A stretch of DNA of 64,000 nt from Octopus sinensis (lineage: Eukaryota), in contig NC_043025.1 of the NCBI RefSeq assembly GCF_006345805.1, forward strand, positions 7,626,001 to 7,690,000. The letters run 5' to 3'. The notes under the pieces were generated by a model. It was not told the DNA's origin, did no database searches, and saw only the letters and a list, made by a program, of their open reading frames with translations. The position numbers and the translations under genes were made by a program. Position 1 is the stretch's first letter. Every line of letters begins with the position of its first letter. This document shows, piece after piece, positions 37,340 through 50,459 of this stretch.

Positions 37340-38199
37340 GTAAGGAGAGGCTGTGTGTGTGTGTGTGGAGAATATGACCTAGGCGTAACCTTAAAGTGCG
37401 TCTGGTAGTGGGGGCCCTGGTACAAGAGTTTCAGGGTTTTGAGGAGTGTGGGACCATCTCTTTGCTGCTTTCATTTCCCGGTCTACTCTGACCGGCGATC
37501 CTTCGGTATAAGTACCGGAAGTACTGGAAGTGGCTTTGTTTACATTTCTGAAGATAACAGAAACCCTTTTCTCCCACCCCTAACCTTAACTCAAACCCTA
37601 ACCCCCCCATATATATATAAAAAAAACACTTTCTTGAAATGCCGGTGGCACGTAAAAAGCACCATCCGATTGTGGCCGTTTGCCAGCTCCGTCTGGCACC
37701 TGTGCAGGTGGCACGTAAAAAGCACCCACTACACTTACGGAGTGGTTGGCGTTAGGAAGGGCATCCAGCCGTAGAAACACTGCCAGATCAGACTGGAGCC
37801 TGGCGCAGCCTTCTGGCTTCTCAGACCCCAGTTGAACTGTCCAACCCATGCTAGCATGGAAAGTGGATGCTAAATGATGATGATGATGTATCCGGTACTT
37901 ATACTGAAGTTAGGCCCTCTGACCTAAATTAGTAGCCCCGTGAGGATCCAGTAGACTCTGTGGAGGGGAAGGTGACTGCAGTAGGGCATTGTGGAGTGCA
38001 GAGGGCAAGATGAAGCAGGTGAGATATCGTTGTCACCCACTGCATCTGTCCCCATCCCCACTCGTCTTGACCTGGTCTGGCCACTGGATTGACAATGGTT
38101 ATGGACAAGAGTGTGGTTGATGGTGTACAACTCTTAATGGCTATAGTCATCTGCCTCTACTTACCTGTCTATTAATCTATCATCTTACTCACCTGTCTG

Positions 38200-38640
38200 T
38201 TTATGTACCTGTCTAGCATCCTGTAGATCTACTTACTTGTCTGTCTACATATTTGTCTGTCTGTCTGTCTGTCTCTCTGTGCCGTCTGTCTCTCTGTGCC
38301 GTCTGTCTCTCTGTGCCGTCTGTCTCTCTGTGCCGTCTGTCTGTCTGTCTGCACCGCCTGTCTGTCTGTCTGCACCGCCTGTCTGTCTGTCTGCACCGCC
38401 TGTCTGTCTGTCTGCACCGCCTGTCTGTCTGTCTGCACCGCCTGTCTGTCTGTCTGCACCGCCTGTCTGTCTGTCTGCACCGCCTGTCTGTCTGTCTGCA
38501 CCGCCTGTCTGTCTGTCGCACCGCCTGTCTGTCTGTCCGTACCGCCTGTCTGTCTGTCTGACCCGCCTGTCAGTCTGTACCGTCTGTCTGTCTCTACTGT
38601 GTCTGTTTGTCTATCTACCTACTTAGTTCACTATCTACAT
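38200..38640. repeat. (TCTG)n-based 21-bp minisatellite
   Basis: ctgtctgtctgtctgcaccgc units. Confidence 0.92.
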
Positions 38641-39751
38641 ATCTCGTTACCTACCAGTTTACCTGTCTGTTTTCTATCTCTGTCTTCCAATCTGTCTATA
38701 TCTATTCATCCATATTGTATGTCACTCTGTCTGTTTAAACTACATGTTGGATTATTCTCTGTAGAGACAGAACTATCAATATCACTAAATCTATCCATTA
38801 ACCCTTTCGATACCAACCTGGTTGAAACCGCCTCTGGCTCTGTTGTACAAATGCCTTGTTTTCATAAGTTCTGAATTAAAATCTTCCACCAAACCTTAGT
38901 CACAATTTATGTTCCTAACACTAGCTGAATGATAACTAAGTTATTTTACTAAATTCTTTGTTATATTTAAAATTAATTGAAAGAAACACAGAACATCTCA
39001 ACAGAAATATGGTAACAAAAGGGTTCAAGTCACCATGATATTTTTAACCCTTTTGTTACCGACCTTGTTGAAACCGCCTCTGGATCTCTAGTACAAATGT
39101 CTTGTTTTCATAAGTTCTAAATTAAAATCTTCCACCAAACCTTAGTCACAATTTATTTTCCTAAACACTAGCTTAATGATAACTCAGTTATTTTTCTAAA
39201 TTCTTTATTATATTTAATATTAATAGAAAGAAACACAGAGCATCTCAGAAGAAATATGGTAACAAAAGGGTTCAAGTCACCATGATATTTTAAACCCTTT
39301 TGATGTTAACCTGGCTGAAACTGCCTCTGGCTCTGTAGTACAAATGCCTTGTTTTCATAAGTTTTGAATTAAAATCTTCACCAAACTTTAGTCACAATTT
39401 ATGTTCCTAACACTAGCTGAATGATAACCAAGTTAATTACTAATTTCTTTCTTATATTTAAAGTAATTGAAAGAAACACAGAGCATCTCAACAGAAATAT
39501 GGTAACAAAAGGCTTAAAGTCACCATGATATCTTTAACCCTTTCGTTACCAACCTGGCTGAAACCACTTCCGGCTCTGTAGTACAAATGTCTTGTTTTCA
39601 TAAGTTTTGAATTATGGTAACAAAAGGGTTAAATTATGGGTTGAATTATGGTAACAAAAGGGTTAAACCATCTCTTAGTCTTTTTGTCCATCTGTCCGTC
39701 GACTAGCCTACATATCTCTCAACCTCTATATTTCCATCTTCACCATTCTAG

Positions 39752-39990
39752 AGCCTCAGTCCAGAGTCTGTGCTGCAGACATTCGATCTTCCATGTGAGG
39801 AGAAAGTCCTTGGCATTGTCAAACAATCTTACCCGTTCTACTGGCACGACAAGCAAGAATCATCCATGAACCTCTCTCCTGCTGAGCTGATGTCGGATCT
39901 TAGCCCTTACTCTGTGCCCATCTCTCATCATTCTGTCCTCGATGGGTGCTTAGTCATCACAGAATGTGCTGTGTACGAGTGTCGTCCGAG
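39752..39990 (+). CDS. RCC1-repeat gene exon 9
   Basis: ctAG|AGC...CCG AG|GTaaga; SLSPESVLQTFDLPCEEKVLGIVKQSYPFYWHDKQ...VLDGCLVITECAVYECRP; phases 0/2. Confidence 0.87.
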
Positions 39991-40255
39991 GTAAGATTTA
40001 TGCCCACACGATGGGCTTTGCTCAGTTTCCGCCTGTTAAACGCACTCACATGCATACTATTTTACTATTTTCAGTCATTTGACTGTGGCCATGCTGGAGC
40101 ACCGCCTTTAGTCAAGCAAATCGACCCCAGGACTTTTTCTTTGTAAGCCTAGTACTTATTCTATTGGTCGCTTTTGCCGAACCGCTAAGTTACGGTGACG
40201 TAAACACACCAACATCAGTTGTCAAGCGATGTTGATGGGGACATACACAGACACA

Positions 40256-40295
<40 letters not shown>

Positions 40296-40499
40296 CATAT
40301 ATACGATGGGCTTCTTTCAGTTTCCGTCTACCAAATCCACTCACAAGGCTTTGGTCGGCCCGAGGCTATAGTAGAAGACACTTGCCCAAGGTGCCAAGCA
40401 GTGGGACTGAACCTGGAACCATGTGGTTCGTAAGCAAGCTACTTACCACACAGCCTCTCCTACGCCATGCATACATGCACTGCTGCACTTTACCACTCA

Positions 40500-40910
40500 T
40501 GTAGCACTCTGTCACTCAGGTAGCACCCTACCACTCAGGTAGCACCCTGCCACTCAGGTAGCACCCTGCCACTCAGGTAGCACCCTGCCACTCATGTAGC
40601 ACCCTGCCACTCAGGTAGCACCCTGCCACTCAGGTAGCACCCTGCCACTCAGGTAGCACCCTGCCACTCAGGTAGCACCCTGCCACTCATGATGCACCCT
40701 GCAACTCATGTAGCACCCTGCCACTCAGGTAGCACCCTGCCACTCAGGTAGCACCCTGCCACTCAGGTAGCACCCTGCCACTCATGATGCACCCTGCCAC
40801 TCATGTAGCACCCTGCCACTCATGTAGCACCCTGCCACTCATGTAGCACCCTGCCACTCAGGTAGCACCCTGCCACTCAGGTAGCACCCTGCCACTCAGG
40901 TAGCATTCTA
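40500..40910. repeat. 19-bp minisatellite gtagcaccctgccactcag
   Basis: About 20 near-perfect units directly upstream of the exon 9 duplicate. Confidence 0.93.
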
Positions 40911-40942
40911 CCACACTCGACACTTAATGCCACATGTACACA

Positions 40943-41109
40943 CCATTCTACTGGCATGACAAGCAAGAATTGTCCATGAATCTCTCCCTTGCTGAACCGT
41001 CGTCAGAACTGTCGTCAGACCTTAGCCCTTACTTGGTACCCATTTCTCATTCTGTCCTTGATGATTGCCTATTCATCACAAAGTGTGCTGTCTATGAGTG
41101 TTGTCCAAG
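40943..41109 (+). pseudogene. Diverged partial duplicate of exon 9 (3' two-thirds plus donor)
   Basis: PFYWHDKQELSMNLSLAEPSSELSSDLSPYLVPISHSVLDDCLFITKCAVYECCP-AG|GTaaga aligns to 39833-39990; intron homology continues to about 41165; no upstream acceptor found. Confidence 0.85.
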
Positions 41110-41858
41110 GTAAGATTTATGCACACACGATGGGCTTTGATCAGTTTCCATCTGTTAAGCCTACTCAAAGCGTTGGTCTTGTTGCATGCATACATGCATT
41201 ACTGCACTCCAACATGTTTTTGAGTCACACTCATGTGGCACTCTACTACACTAGACACTTGATACCACATCCTCTACATTACCACTTATGCACACACACA
41301 CATAAACACTCTTACATGCCCCCCCTCCAACACACTACTACATGCATTGCCACCACCACTCAGACCTCCAGGGCCGGTTTTGTTTGGGCTAATATAGGCT
41401 ATGACCCCACCTCCAAGCTTGTAATGATTTTTTTTTACTTGTTCAAAATTTTTTTTAATCCAATAGAATTTTTAAAAAATTATTGAGCTGTCTCTGGGTG
41501 GTGCCCCAGCATGGCCACGGCCTTCGGGCTAAAACATTTTTAAGGATTTAAGGATTTGTCTTTTCATTTATAAGGCCCTTGTAGATTTAGAGAAACATTA
41601 AATTTAACTGATTCCCTTTGACTTTACTGAGCCCTTTTAAGTTTTGGGGTCTTCAAACTGTTTGGGACAATTAAATTTAAAGAAGGCCCTCTTATGTTTT
41701 GAATTAGCAAAATCATAGGGGCTCCCAAAACCTGTTGGTCCTAAGGCCCTGCTAGGTATGAACCCTGTCCTGAGTACCACCCACTTTAAATACAGACACC
41801 AAAACCATCATTCTATGAGACTCTAATAATAGTACTAGTTATTGTTCTTATTGTACAG

Positions 41859-42036
41859 GATCTCCCCAGAACGTTACTTTTTCCAACTGGCTCTCCACCC
41901 CACGGACTGTGTACATGTTGACCACTTTGCGGTCAGTCTTGGACTTGACTACAACCAACTATTCCAGCTTGCTACGGACCACCTGCTAACTAAGGGTCAT
42001 TTTACACATGCACTGCGGCTGTTCAAGATGGCTAAG
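41859..42036 (+). CDS. RCC1-repeat gene exon 10
   Basis: tacAG|G ATC...AAG|GTatgt; RISPERYFFQLALHPTDCVHVDHFAVSLGLDYNQLFQLATDHLLTKGHFTHALRLFKMAK. Confidence 0.9.
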
Positions 42037-42609
42037 GTATGTATAATTCTAACGACAACTTACAAACTCCTTCTCTATGCTGCACTGGGGAAACATCATT
42101 GTCATCATCATCATTGTCATCATCATCATCATCAGTCATCATTTAACGTCTGCTTTCCATGCTGGCATGGGTTAGATGGTTTGCGTGGAACTGGTAAGCT
42201 GAAGGCGGCGAGCTGGCTGAAACGTTAACACGCCGGGCGAAATGCTTAACGGTATTTCGTCTACCGCTACGTTCTGAGTTCAAATTCCGCCGAGGTCGAC
42301 TTTGCCTTTCATCCTTTCGGGATCGATAAATTAAGTACCAGTTACACACTGGGGTCAATGTAATCGACTTAATACCTGTGTCTGTCCTTGTTTGTCCCCT
42401 CTGTGTTTAGCCCCTTGTGGGTAATAAAGAAATAGGTATTTCGTCTGCGTTACGTTGTGAGTTCAAATTCCGCCGAGGTCGACTTTGCCTTTCATCCTTT
42501 CGGGGTCGATTAAATAAGTACCAGTTATGCACTGGGGTCGATATAATCGACTTAATCCGTTTGTTTGTCCTCTCTGTGTTTAGCCCCTTGTGGGTAATAA
42601 AGAAATAGG

Positions 42610-42647
<38 letters not shown>

Positions 42648-42831
42648 GAGGCATGTGCACCCATATGGGGTTGGTGCATGTAATGGCAGCATGTGTATAC
42701 ATTTGGTGTTATGTATGTGCATTTCCATCATGCATCCCCATTGACCCCAGTGTTGCACAAACTCCTCTGTGCTCTTTACATTTAATCAGTCCACTCCAAT
42801 CCTTCAACCACACCACATCTTCTCGTTGCAG

Positions 42832-43037
42832 TCTTCCTACGTGAAGCGTGTTGCGTCCCTTGCATCATACGGATGCATCCAAGAGATGATGACCTATGTA
42901 CAGTACATCCTGAAGAAAGGAGGTGAAGAAGTGACCACCCAGGAGGCGAAAAGACTCTCCGACATTGCTCTCTATGGTTTCATCTACCTCATCAAGAGTG
43001 GTCGCGCCAAAAACCCAAATCTGATATCAGCTTTCAG
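42832..43037 (+). CDS. RCC1-repeat gene exon 11
   Basis: tgcAG|TCT...TTC AG|GTaaag; SSYVKRVASLASYGCIQEMMTYVQYILKK...LYGFIYLIKSGRAKNPNLISAF. Confidence 0.88.
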
Positions 43038-44841
43038 GTAAAGTCTAACATGTCACATGTTCTGCATGAAATTGATGTTGTTGTTGCTTCTGCTGCTGTA
43101 GATTTAGTCCCCATTTTAACCTTAAGAAGTTCCCTCTTCAAAGATGTTTCAATCAACACCATCTTATTTTTCATTCAGATGTATTATTTCAATGGCAGGG
43201 CTTTCTAAATATCTTTAGTTTCAGAATCATCATCATCTAATGTCTGCCTTCCATGCTGGCATAGGTTGGATGGTTTGACAAGAGCTGACCAGGTCGAAGC
43301 CTGCACTTGACTTCTGTGTCTGTTTTGGCAGGGATTTTAAGGCTGGATGCCCTTCCTAATATCATGTAGTGTGTCAACCCTAGGTAGTGTTGTCACTATA
43401 GTAACTAACATGTTTTGATTAAAAATGCTGGAATTTTAAGTGCAAGTCTGTCAACACAATGCAACACAAGCTTCAAAAAAATACTATTTGTATGTATATA
43501 TAATATGTATATAGTTATTTCTTTTGGTTGTGTGTTTCTGTGCTTTTCAACATATAGGCAATGCAACACAGACTTTGAAGTAAGATTTTCACTTTGAACA
43601 ATTTATGATGTATGTGCATGATTAATAAATACTATAGCCCCAGGCCAGCAAACGCCTTGTAAATGTATTTGGTTGACAAAAACACTGTGGAAGTCCATCA
43701 TATATATATATATATATCATCATCATCATCGTTTAACGTCCGCTTTCCATGCTAGCATGGGTTGAACGATTTGACTGAGGTCTGGTGAACCAGATGGCTG
43801 CACCAGACTCCAATCTGATCTGGCAGAGCTTCTACAGCTGGATGCCATTCCTAACGCCAACCACTCCGAGAGTGTAGTGGGTGCTTTTACGTGCCACCGG
43901 CACGAGGGCCAGTCAGGCAGTACTGGCAACGGCTACACTCAAATGGTGCTTTTTTTATGTGCCACCTGCACAGGAACCAGTCCAGCGGCACTGGCAATGA
44001 CCTCACTCGAATGTTTTTTTTTCATGTGCCACCAGCACAAGTGCCAGTAAGGCGATGCAGATAACGATCACACTCGAGTGGTGCTTTTATGTGCCCACCA
44101 ACACAGAGGCCAGCTTGTTGCTCTGGCAACGACCCCGCTCGTATGGTACTCTTAGTGGTCCACTAGCATGCATTTGTAAGTGTGTTACTTTGTGTTTGTT
44201 TCTCAGCTACTTGACAATGGTGTTGGTTTGTTTACGTTCCTGTAACTTAGTGGTTTAGCAAAAGCAACTGATAGAATAAGTACCCGATAAAAAAATAAAT
44301 AAATACTAGGGTGCAGGAGTGGCTGTGTGGTAAGTAGCTTGCTAACCAACCACATGGTTCCGGGTTCAGTCCCACTGCGTGGCATCTTGGGCAAGTGTCT
44401 TCTGCTATAGCCTCGGGTCGACCAATGCCTTGTGAGTGGATTTGGTAGACGGAAACTGAAAGAAGCCTGTCGTATATATGTGTGTCTGTGATTGTCCCCC
44501 TAGCATTGCTTGACAACCGAGGGTGGTGTGTTTACGTCCCCGTCACTTAGCAGTTCGGCAAAAGAGACCGATAGAATAAGTGCTGGGCTTACAAAGAATA
44601 AGTCCCGGGGTCGATTTGCTCGACTAAAGGCGGTGCTCCAGCATGGCCGCAGTCAAATGACTGAAACAAGTAAAAGAGTAAAGAGTACTAGAATCAGTGT
44701 ATTTGACTAAACCCTTCAAAGCAGTGTCCCACAGTATAGTGTCTGAAACAAAGTAAGACACACATCTACCCACCCATCCACACAAGTAACATATTCATCA
44801 CATGTTTTATGTCTGTCTTTGATTTCATATATTTTTTTCAG

Positions 44842-44938
44842 GGAATTCTTACTCAGCAACTTTTTCTACAATGAAACTAATGCCCTGAAAGTTTTGGCAG
44901 AATGGCGCTGGCCGACATTACTGCTGGAGGTTGGCAAG
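44842..44938 (+). CDS. RCC1-repeat gene exon 12
   Basis: tttcAG|G GAA...AAG|GTtagt; REFLLSNFFYNETNALKVLAEWRWPTLLLEVGK. Confidence 0.87.
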
Positions 44939-45577
44939 GTTAGTGTTTGCTTATATGCATGTTGTGTGTGCGGAGGAGATGGACTAGGGCCTGAGGCTCT
45001 CGACCGGGGTCTATATGGCCCTTGACGGTCTGTAAACATTTTTTGGGTTCCATGCAACAAAATAGTAAATTGAGTATCCAGAATAGTATTTTAAGGGCCC
45101 CTGAAAAATTTTGCTGTAGATGTGTGTATTGATATGTATTGCAAGAAACAGCTGAGTTCCTTTCTCTGACATTTTACATTGTTCAACCTACACAAGTTAA
45201 TGTGTGAGAAACAAAATAGGAATTTTGAAAGAAGTTTCTATAAAACTAGTTTTTAAACATTGAATGGCCATAGGGGTTCACCAGAATGAAATAGTAATTA
45301 AAGGGGTCCATAGATAAAAAGTGGTTGAGAACCCCTGCTTTAGATGTATGTATTGGTCTGTATTGCAAGAAACATCTGGGTTTATTTCCCTAACATTTTA
45401 CATTGTTCAACCTACACAAGTTAATGTGTGAAAAACAAATTAGGAATTTAGAAAGAAGTTTCTATGAAACTAGTTTTTAAACTATTATTGGAGCGGACAT
45501 AGTTTGGGTTTGGTGTGGGTCCTAGAAACCTGCTTTAGCCACACAACCATATCTACACCAGTTCGTTTATTTTTCAG

Positions 45578-45704
45578 GCACGTGGTCTCATTGTGGAGAG
45601 TCTTGAACTGCTGTTACAACATAGTTTATACAATGTGGAATTTTCATTATGGAAGGATCTGGTACAGAAAGGTTTTGGAGCTTACCTCTGTCATGTTGGT
45701 CATG
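45578..45704 (+). CDS. RCC1-repeat gene exon 13
   Basis: tttcAG|GCA...CAT G|GTaaga; ARGLIVESLELLLQHSLYNVEFSLWKDLVQKGFGAYLCHVGH (frame not in ORF track). Confidence 0.85.
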
Positions 45705-47306
45705 GTAAGAACATTTTCCTCTTATCCTCTTCATATCTGTCTCTCTGACTACATATCCATCTGTCTGCCTGCCTGACTTTCTGTCTGTCCATCTGAAATA
45801 TTCATAATCCAGTAAAGCTAAGCTTTAGGTGATAAATAAGATCTGCCATGACCCATAATACTCATAAGGCCAGAGCTTAACATGACTGAAATTACAACAC
45901 TTTTCTCTCGGATGGGCTGCTTGCCCATCTCAAGGTTAACTTCCCACTATTGTTGGAACTTATTTACAGCTGAGTAGACTGGAGTGATGTGAAATGAAGT
46001 GCTTTGCTCAAGAACATGAGACACCTACCAGTCTAAGAATTGAAACCTTGGTTTTACAATCTCAAGGTGACTTGGACCTTGGCCAGTCAGGACCCCAGGA
46101 TCCATAAGGCTTGAGTTTAACCCAGACGAAGAGTTTACCCTAATGCAAACAATGAGAGTGATTCAAACAATCAAACTGGTAAATTGATGAGGAAAACAGC
46201 AGTTTGGGTGAACAAATATGCTAATTGAAATATAGGCCTAATATTGTTATTCTCTTGAATTTATTTGGAAATTGTAGTTGTGATACCTGTGCCGGTTGCA
46301 CATAAAAAGCACCAACTGATCGTGGCCGTTGCCAGCCTCCCCTGGCACCTGTGCCGGTGGCATGTAAAAAGCACCCACTACACTCACAGGGTGGTTGGCG
46401 TTAGGAAGGGCATCCAGCTGTAGAAACTCTGCCAGATCAGACTGGAGCCTGGTGCAGTCTCCTGGCTTCCCAGATCCCGGTCGAACCGTCCAACCCATGC
46501 TAGCATGGAAAACGGACGTTAAACGATGATGATGATTTTGTCCATTAGTTTATCTAAAAAAATATGATAGTGGAAAGATAGGCCTAATATTGTTATTCTC
46601 TTGAATTTATTTGGAAATTGTAGTTGTGATACCTGTGTCGGTTGCACTTAAAAAGCACCAATCAATCGTAGTCGTTGCCAACCTCCCCTGGCACGTAAAA
46701 AGCACCAACTGATCGTGGCCGTTGCCAGCCTCCCCTGGCACGTAAAAAGCACCAATCAATCGTAGTCGTTGCCAACCTCCCCTGGCACGTAAAAAGCACC
46801 AATCAATCGTAGTTGTTGCCAGCCTCCCCTGGCACGTAAAAAGCACCAATCAATCGTAGTCGTTGCCAGCCTCCCCTGGCACGTAAAAAGCACCCACTAC
46901 ACTCATGGGGTGGTTGGCGTTAGGAAGGGCATCCAGCTGTAGAAACTCTGCCAGATCCGACTGGAGCCTGGTGCAGTCTCCTGGCTTCCCAGATCCCGGT
47001 CGAACCGTCCAACCCATGCTAGCATGGAAAACGGACGTTAAACGATGATGATGAATCTGTCCATTTACCTAAAAAATATGGTAGTGGAAAGATGGGCCTA
47101 ATATTATTATTCTCCTGAATTTTTTTGTGATTCTGTCCGCCTGCAATCATTGCTCTTGAGCTGTGTATACTACTATTTTTTTTTTTACTCAGGTGCCCTA
47201 GTGGAGTTTGGCACAGGGGACGAAGTTTGAAATTGTTAATTAAATGTTGTAATTGTATAATAAGAATATAAATAATTTGTTTTCTCTTGTCTCTTCCTCA
47301 CCATAG

Positions 47307-47511
47307 GCGTCTTCCTTCTCTGTTTGTCTCCCGAAGAACTGGTTGACCTGCTGTGTGTGAGGCCCCAGCTGGCCGTGCTACAGGTCGACATGTTGCAGCA
47401 GCACGTCCGCAAACTGGACACTGATCGGCTGATGAAGTTAGCCGAGGTGTTTGACCCCTCCAAACACATAGTCCGAGGGCACTTGCGATGTCAACGAGTG
47501 CGCAGTGAAAG
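47307..47511 (+). CDS. RCC1-repeat gene exon 14
   Basis: catAG|GC...GAA AG|GTgagg; GVFLLCLSPEELVDLLCVRPQLAVLQVDMLQQHVRKLDTDRLMKLAEVFDPSKHIVRGHLRCQRVRSE. Confidence 0.9.
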
Positions 47512-47544
47512 GTGAGGGCTGCAGAAACTATTTAGCATTTAGAT

Positions 47545-48206
47545 CAGCGGTTCTCAACCATTGTCCATGTGACCCCTAAAGGTCCATATAAGGTTTTTGG
47601 TGGTTGATACAACAAATTAGTAAACTGGATATCCACAATAGTATTTTAAAGTCCCCTGAAAAAATTTTGCTTCAGATGTATGTGAGGGTTCACCAGAATG
47701 AAATAGTAATCAGAGGGGTCCATAGATAAGAGAAATGGTTGAGAGCCCCTGCTTTAGATGTATGTATTGGTATGTATTGCAAGAAACCTACACAGCTGGG
47801 TTTCTTTCTCTGACATTTTACATTGTTCAACCTACACAAGTTAATGTGTGGAAAACAAAATAGGAATTTGGAAAGAAGTTTCTATAAAACTAGTTTCTAA
47901 ATATTGAATGGCTATTAGGGTCCACCAGAATGAAATAGTAATCAGAGGGGTCCATAGATAAAAAATGGTTGAGAGCCCCTGCTTTAGATGTATGTATTGG
48001 TTATGTATTGCAAGAAGCATCTGGGTTTCTTTCTCTAACATTTTACATTGTTCAACCTACGCAAGTTAATGTGTGGAAAACAAAATAGGAATTTTGAAAG
48101 AAGTTTCTATAAAACTAGATTTTAAACATTGAATAGCTATGAGGGTCTACCAGAATGAAATAGTAATCAAAAGGGTCCATAGATAAGAAATGGTTGAGAA
48201 CCCCTG
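47545..48206. mobile_element. hAT-like MITE with tandem 3' re-duplications
   Basis: CAGCGGTTCTCAACC...GGTTGAGA(G/A)CCCCTG termini (right ends at 47751, 47991, 48206); related copy about 45000-45485. Confidence 0.7.
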
Positions 48207-49369
48207 CTTTAGATGTATGTATTGCAAGAAACTGCTGTACGTGTGAGAAAGAGAGAGGATGTATGTGTGTTTGTGTGTTCTTGACTTGACGTGTGATTGT
48301 AATAAGTGAACGTCATTCACTTCCAATATTCTGTGAAAAGGCAACAAGCTAACAGAATAGTTAGTACACCAGGCAAAAAGCTTAGCAGCATTTTGTCAGT
48401 TTTTATATCCTCAGTTCAAATGCCACTGGGGTCTACTTTGCTATTCATTCTTTCGGCATTGATAAAGTGAGTACCAGTTGGGAACTGGGGTCAATGTAAT
48501 CAACTTAGCTCTTTTACTGAAGCTGTTGGCCTTGGGCTAAAATTTGTGACCAATATTCTCTGAAAACATGACTGGCCATGGGGAAATATTAACCTCTTAA
48601 CATATAATCTCTTATATTTTTGTTGAGAGATGTCAAGTGAATATATATTTGAACGAAAATATACGTTTATTGTACTCTGGGGCATTTGTCACTTATTTCT
48701 AACCCGAAATACTTCGTTCATGGTGTTATTACCGTTTTCTGTCCTTAACCCTTTCGTTACCATATTTCTGTTGAGATGCTCTGTGTTTCTTTCAATTACT
48801 TTAAATATAACAAAGAATTTAGTAAAATAACTTAGTTATCATTAAACTAGTGTTAGGAACATAAATTGTGACTAAGGTTTGCTGGAAGATTTTAATTCAA
48901 AACCTTTGAAAACAAGACATTTGTACTCGGAGCCAGAGTTGGTTTCAGCCAGGTTGGTATCGAAAGGGTTAAAAATATCATGGTGACTTTAACCCTTTTG
49001 TTACCATATTTCTGTTGAGATGCTCTGTGTTTCTTTCAATTATTTAAAGATATAACAAAGAATTTAGTAAAATAACTTAGTTATCATTAAACTAGTGTTA
49101 GGAACGTAAATTGTGACTAAGGTTTGGTGGAAGATTTTAATTCAAAACTTATGAAAACGACATTTTACCACAGAGCCAGAGCCGGTTTTGGCCGGGTTGG
49201 TAGCAAAAGGGTTAACTATAATTTCTATCAGTAACTTCGTAATGAATCAGAAATGATCTGAAATAATTTCTGTACGTATTCTTCCTGATATACAGATTCA
49301 AAATAAATATTTAAAAAATATTTTTTTTGCATGGAAATTGAAAAAAAAAAAATGTATACATTAAGTCGT

Positions 49370-50020
49370 GGCGACATATGTGGCAGTTGTAGTTTTGCGG
49401 TTGCGGTGGTTGTAGTGTGGTGGTGGTGACATATGTGGCAGTTGTAGTTTTGTGGTTGTAGTGTAGTGGTGGTGACATATGTGGCAGTTGTAGTTTTGTG
49501 GTTGCGGTGGTTGTAGTGTGGTAGTGGTGACATATGTGGCGGTGGTCGTAGTGTGGTGGTGGTGACATATGTGGCAGTTGTAGTTTTGCGGTTGCGGTGG
49601 TCGTAGTGTGGTGGTGGTGACATATGTGGCAGTTGTAGTTTTGCGGTTGCGGTGGTCGTAGTGTGGTGGTGGTGACATATGTGGCAGTTGTAGTTTTGTG
49701 GTTGTAGTGTAGTGGTGGTGACATATTTGGCAGTTGTAGTTTTGTGGTTGCGGTGGTTGTAGTGTGGTAGTGGTGACATATGTGGCGGTGGTCGTAGTGT
49801 GGTGGTGGTGACATATGTGGCAGTTGTAGTTTTGCGGTTGCGGTGGTCGTAGTGTGGTGGTGGTGACATATGTGGCAGTTGTAGTTTTGCGGTTGCGGTG
49901 GTCGTAGTGTGGTGGTGGTGACATATGTGGCAGTTGTAGTTTTGCGGTTGCAGTGGTTGTAGTGTGTTGGTGGTGACATATGTGGCAGTTGTGGTTTTGC
50001 GGTGGTTGTAGTGTAGTGGT
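49370..50020. repeat. Minisatellite of about 40-55 bp (gacatatgtggcagttgtag...)
   Basis: Sister array at 52845-53350. Confidence 0.93.
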
Positions 50021-50377
50021 GAGGACATATGAAGTGGTGGCATAGGTGTGTTGGACATAGTTTATAATGGAAACATGTTGTCGAAGCATGTGATGTATGT
50101 TGCTTGGAAACCGATAAGAAGGTAAGAAAGGCATCTGGCTGTAGAAAATCTTCCTGCATCTACTTCATCTGACCTATGCAAGCTTGGGGAAGTGGACGTT
50201 GGATTGATGATGATGTCAGCCTGTTTGTGTTCCAGCTGATCATCAATCGCATAAACCTCACCAATCTGGGGGAGAGGTGAGGTATGTGAAGCTCATGGCT
50301 ACAGCCTCTGACTTCACATTAAACCTTAAACATATTTACGACTTAGTTTTTAATTCCGCATGTTTTGTTTCTTGCAG

Positions 50378-50441
50378 AACTTTCAGTCAAACATCTCGAA
50401 GTTCCTTGGTGTCACAGAACTTTGGAGAAATGCCAAACCCT
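50378..50441 (+). CDS. RCC1-repeat gene exon 15
   Basis: tgcAG|A ACT...CCT|GTaagt; [22 protein letters not shown]; phases 2/0. Confidence 0.8.
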
Positions 50442-50459
50442 GTAAGTAAATTGTTTATA

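Noticed and set aside
47537-47759. 8-bp TSD (ATTTAGAT/CTTTAGAT) for the hAT-like MITE
   Set aside because: The downstream octamer also follows the TIR at other junctions and loci, so it is not an independent target duplication
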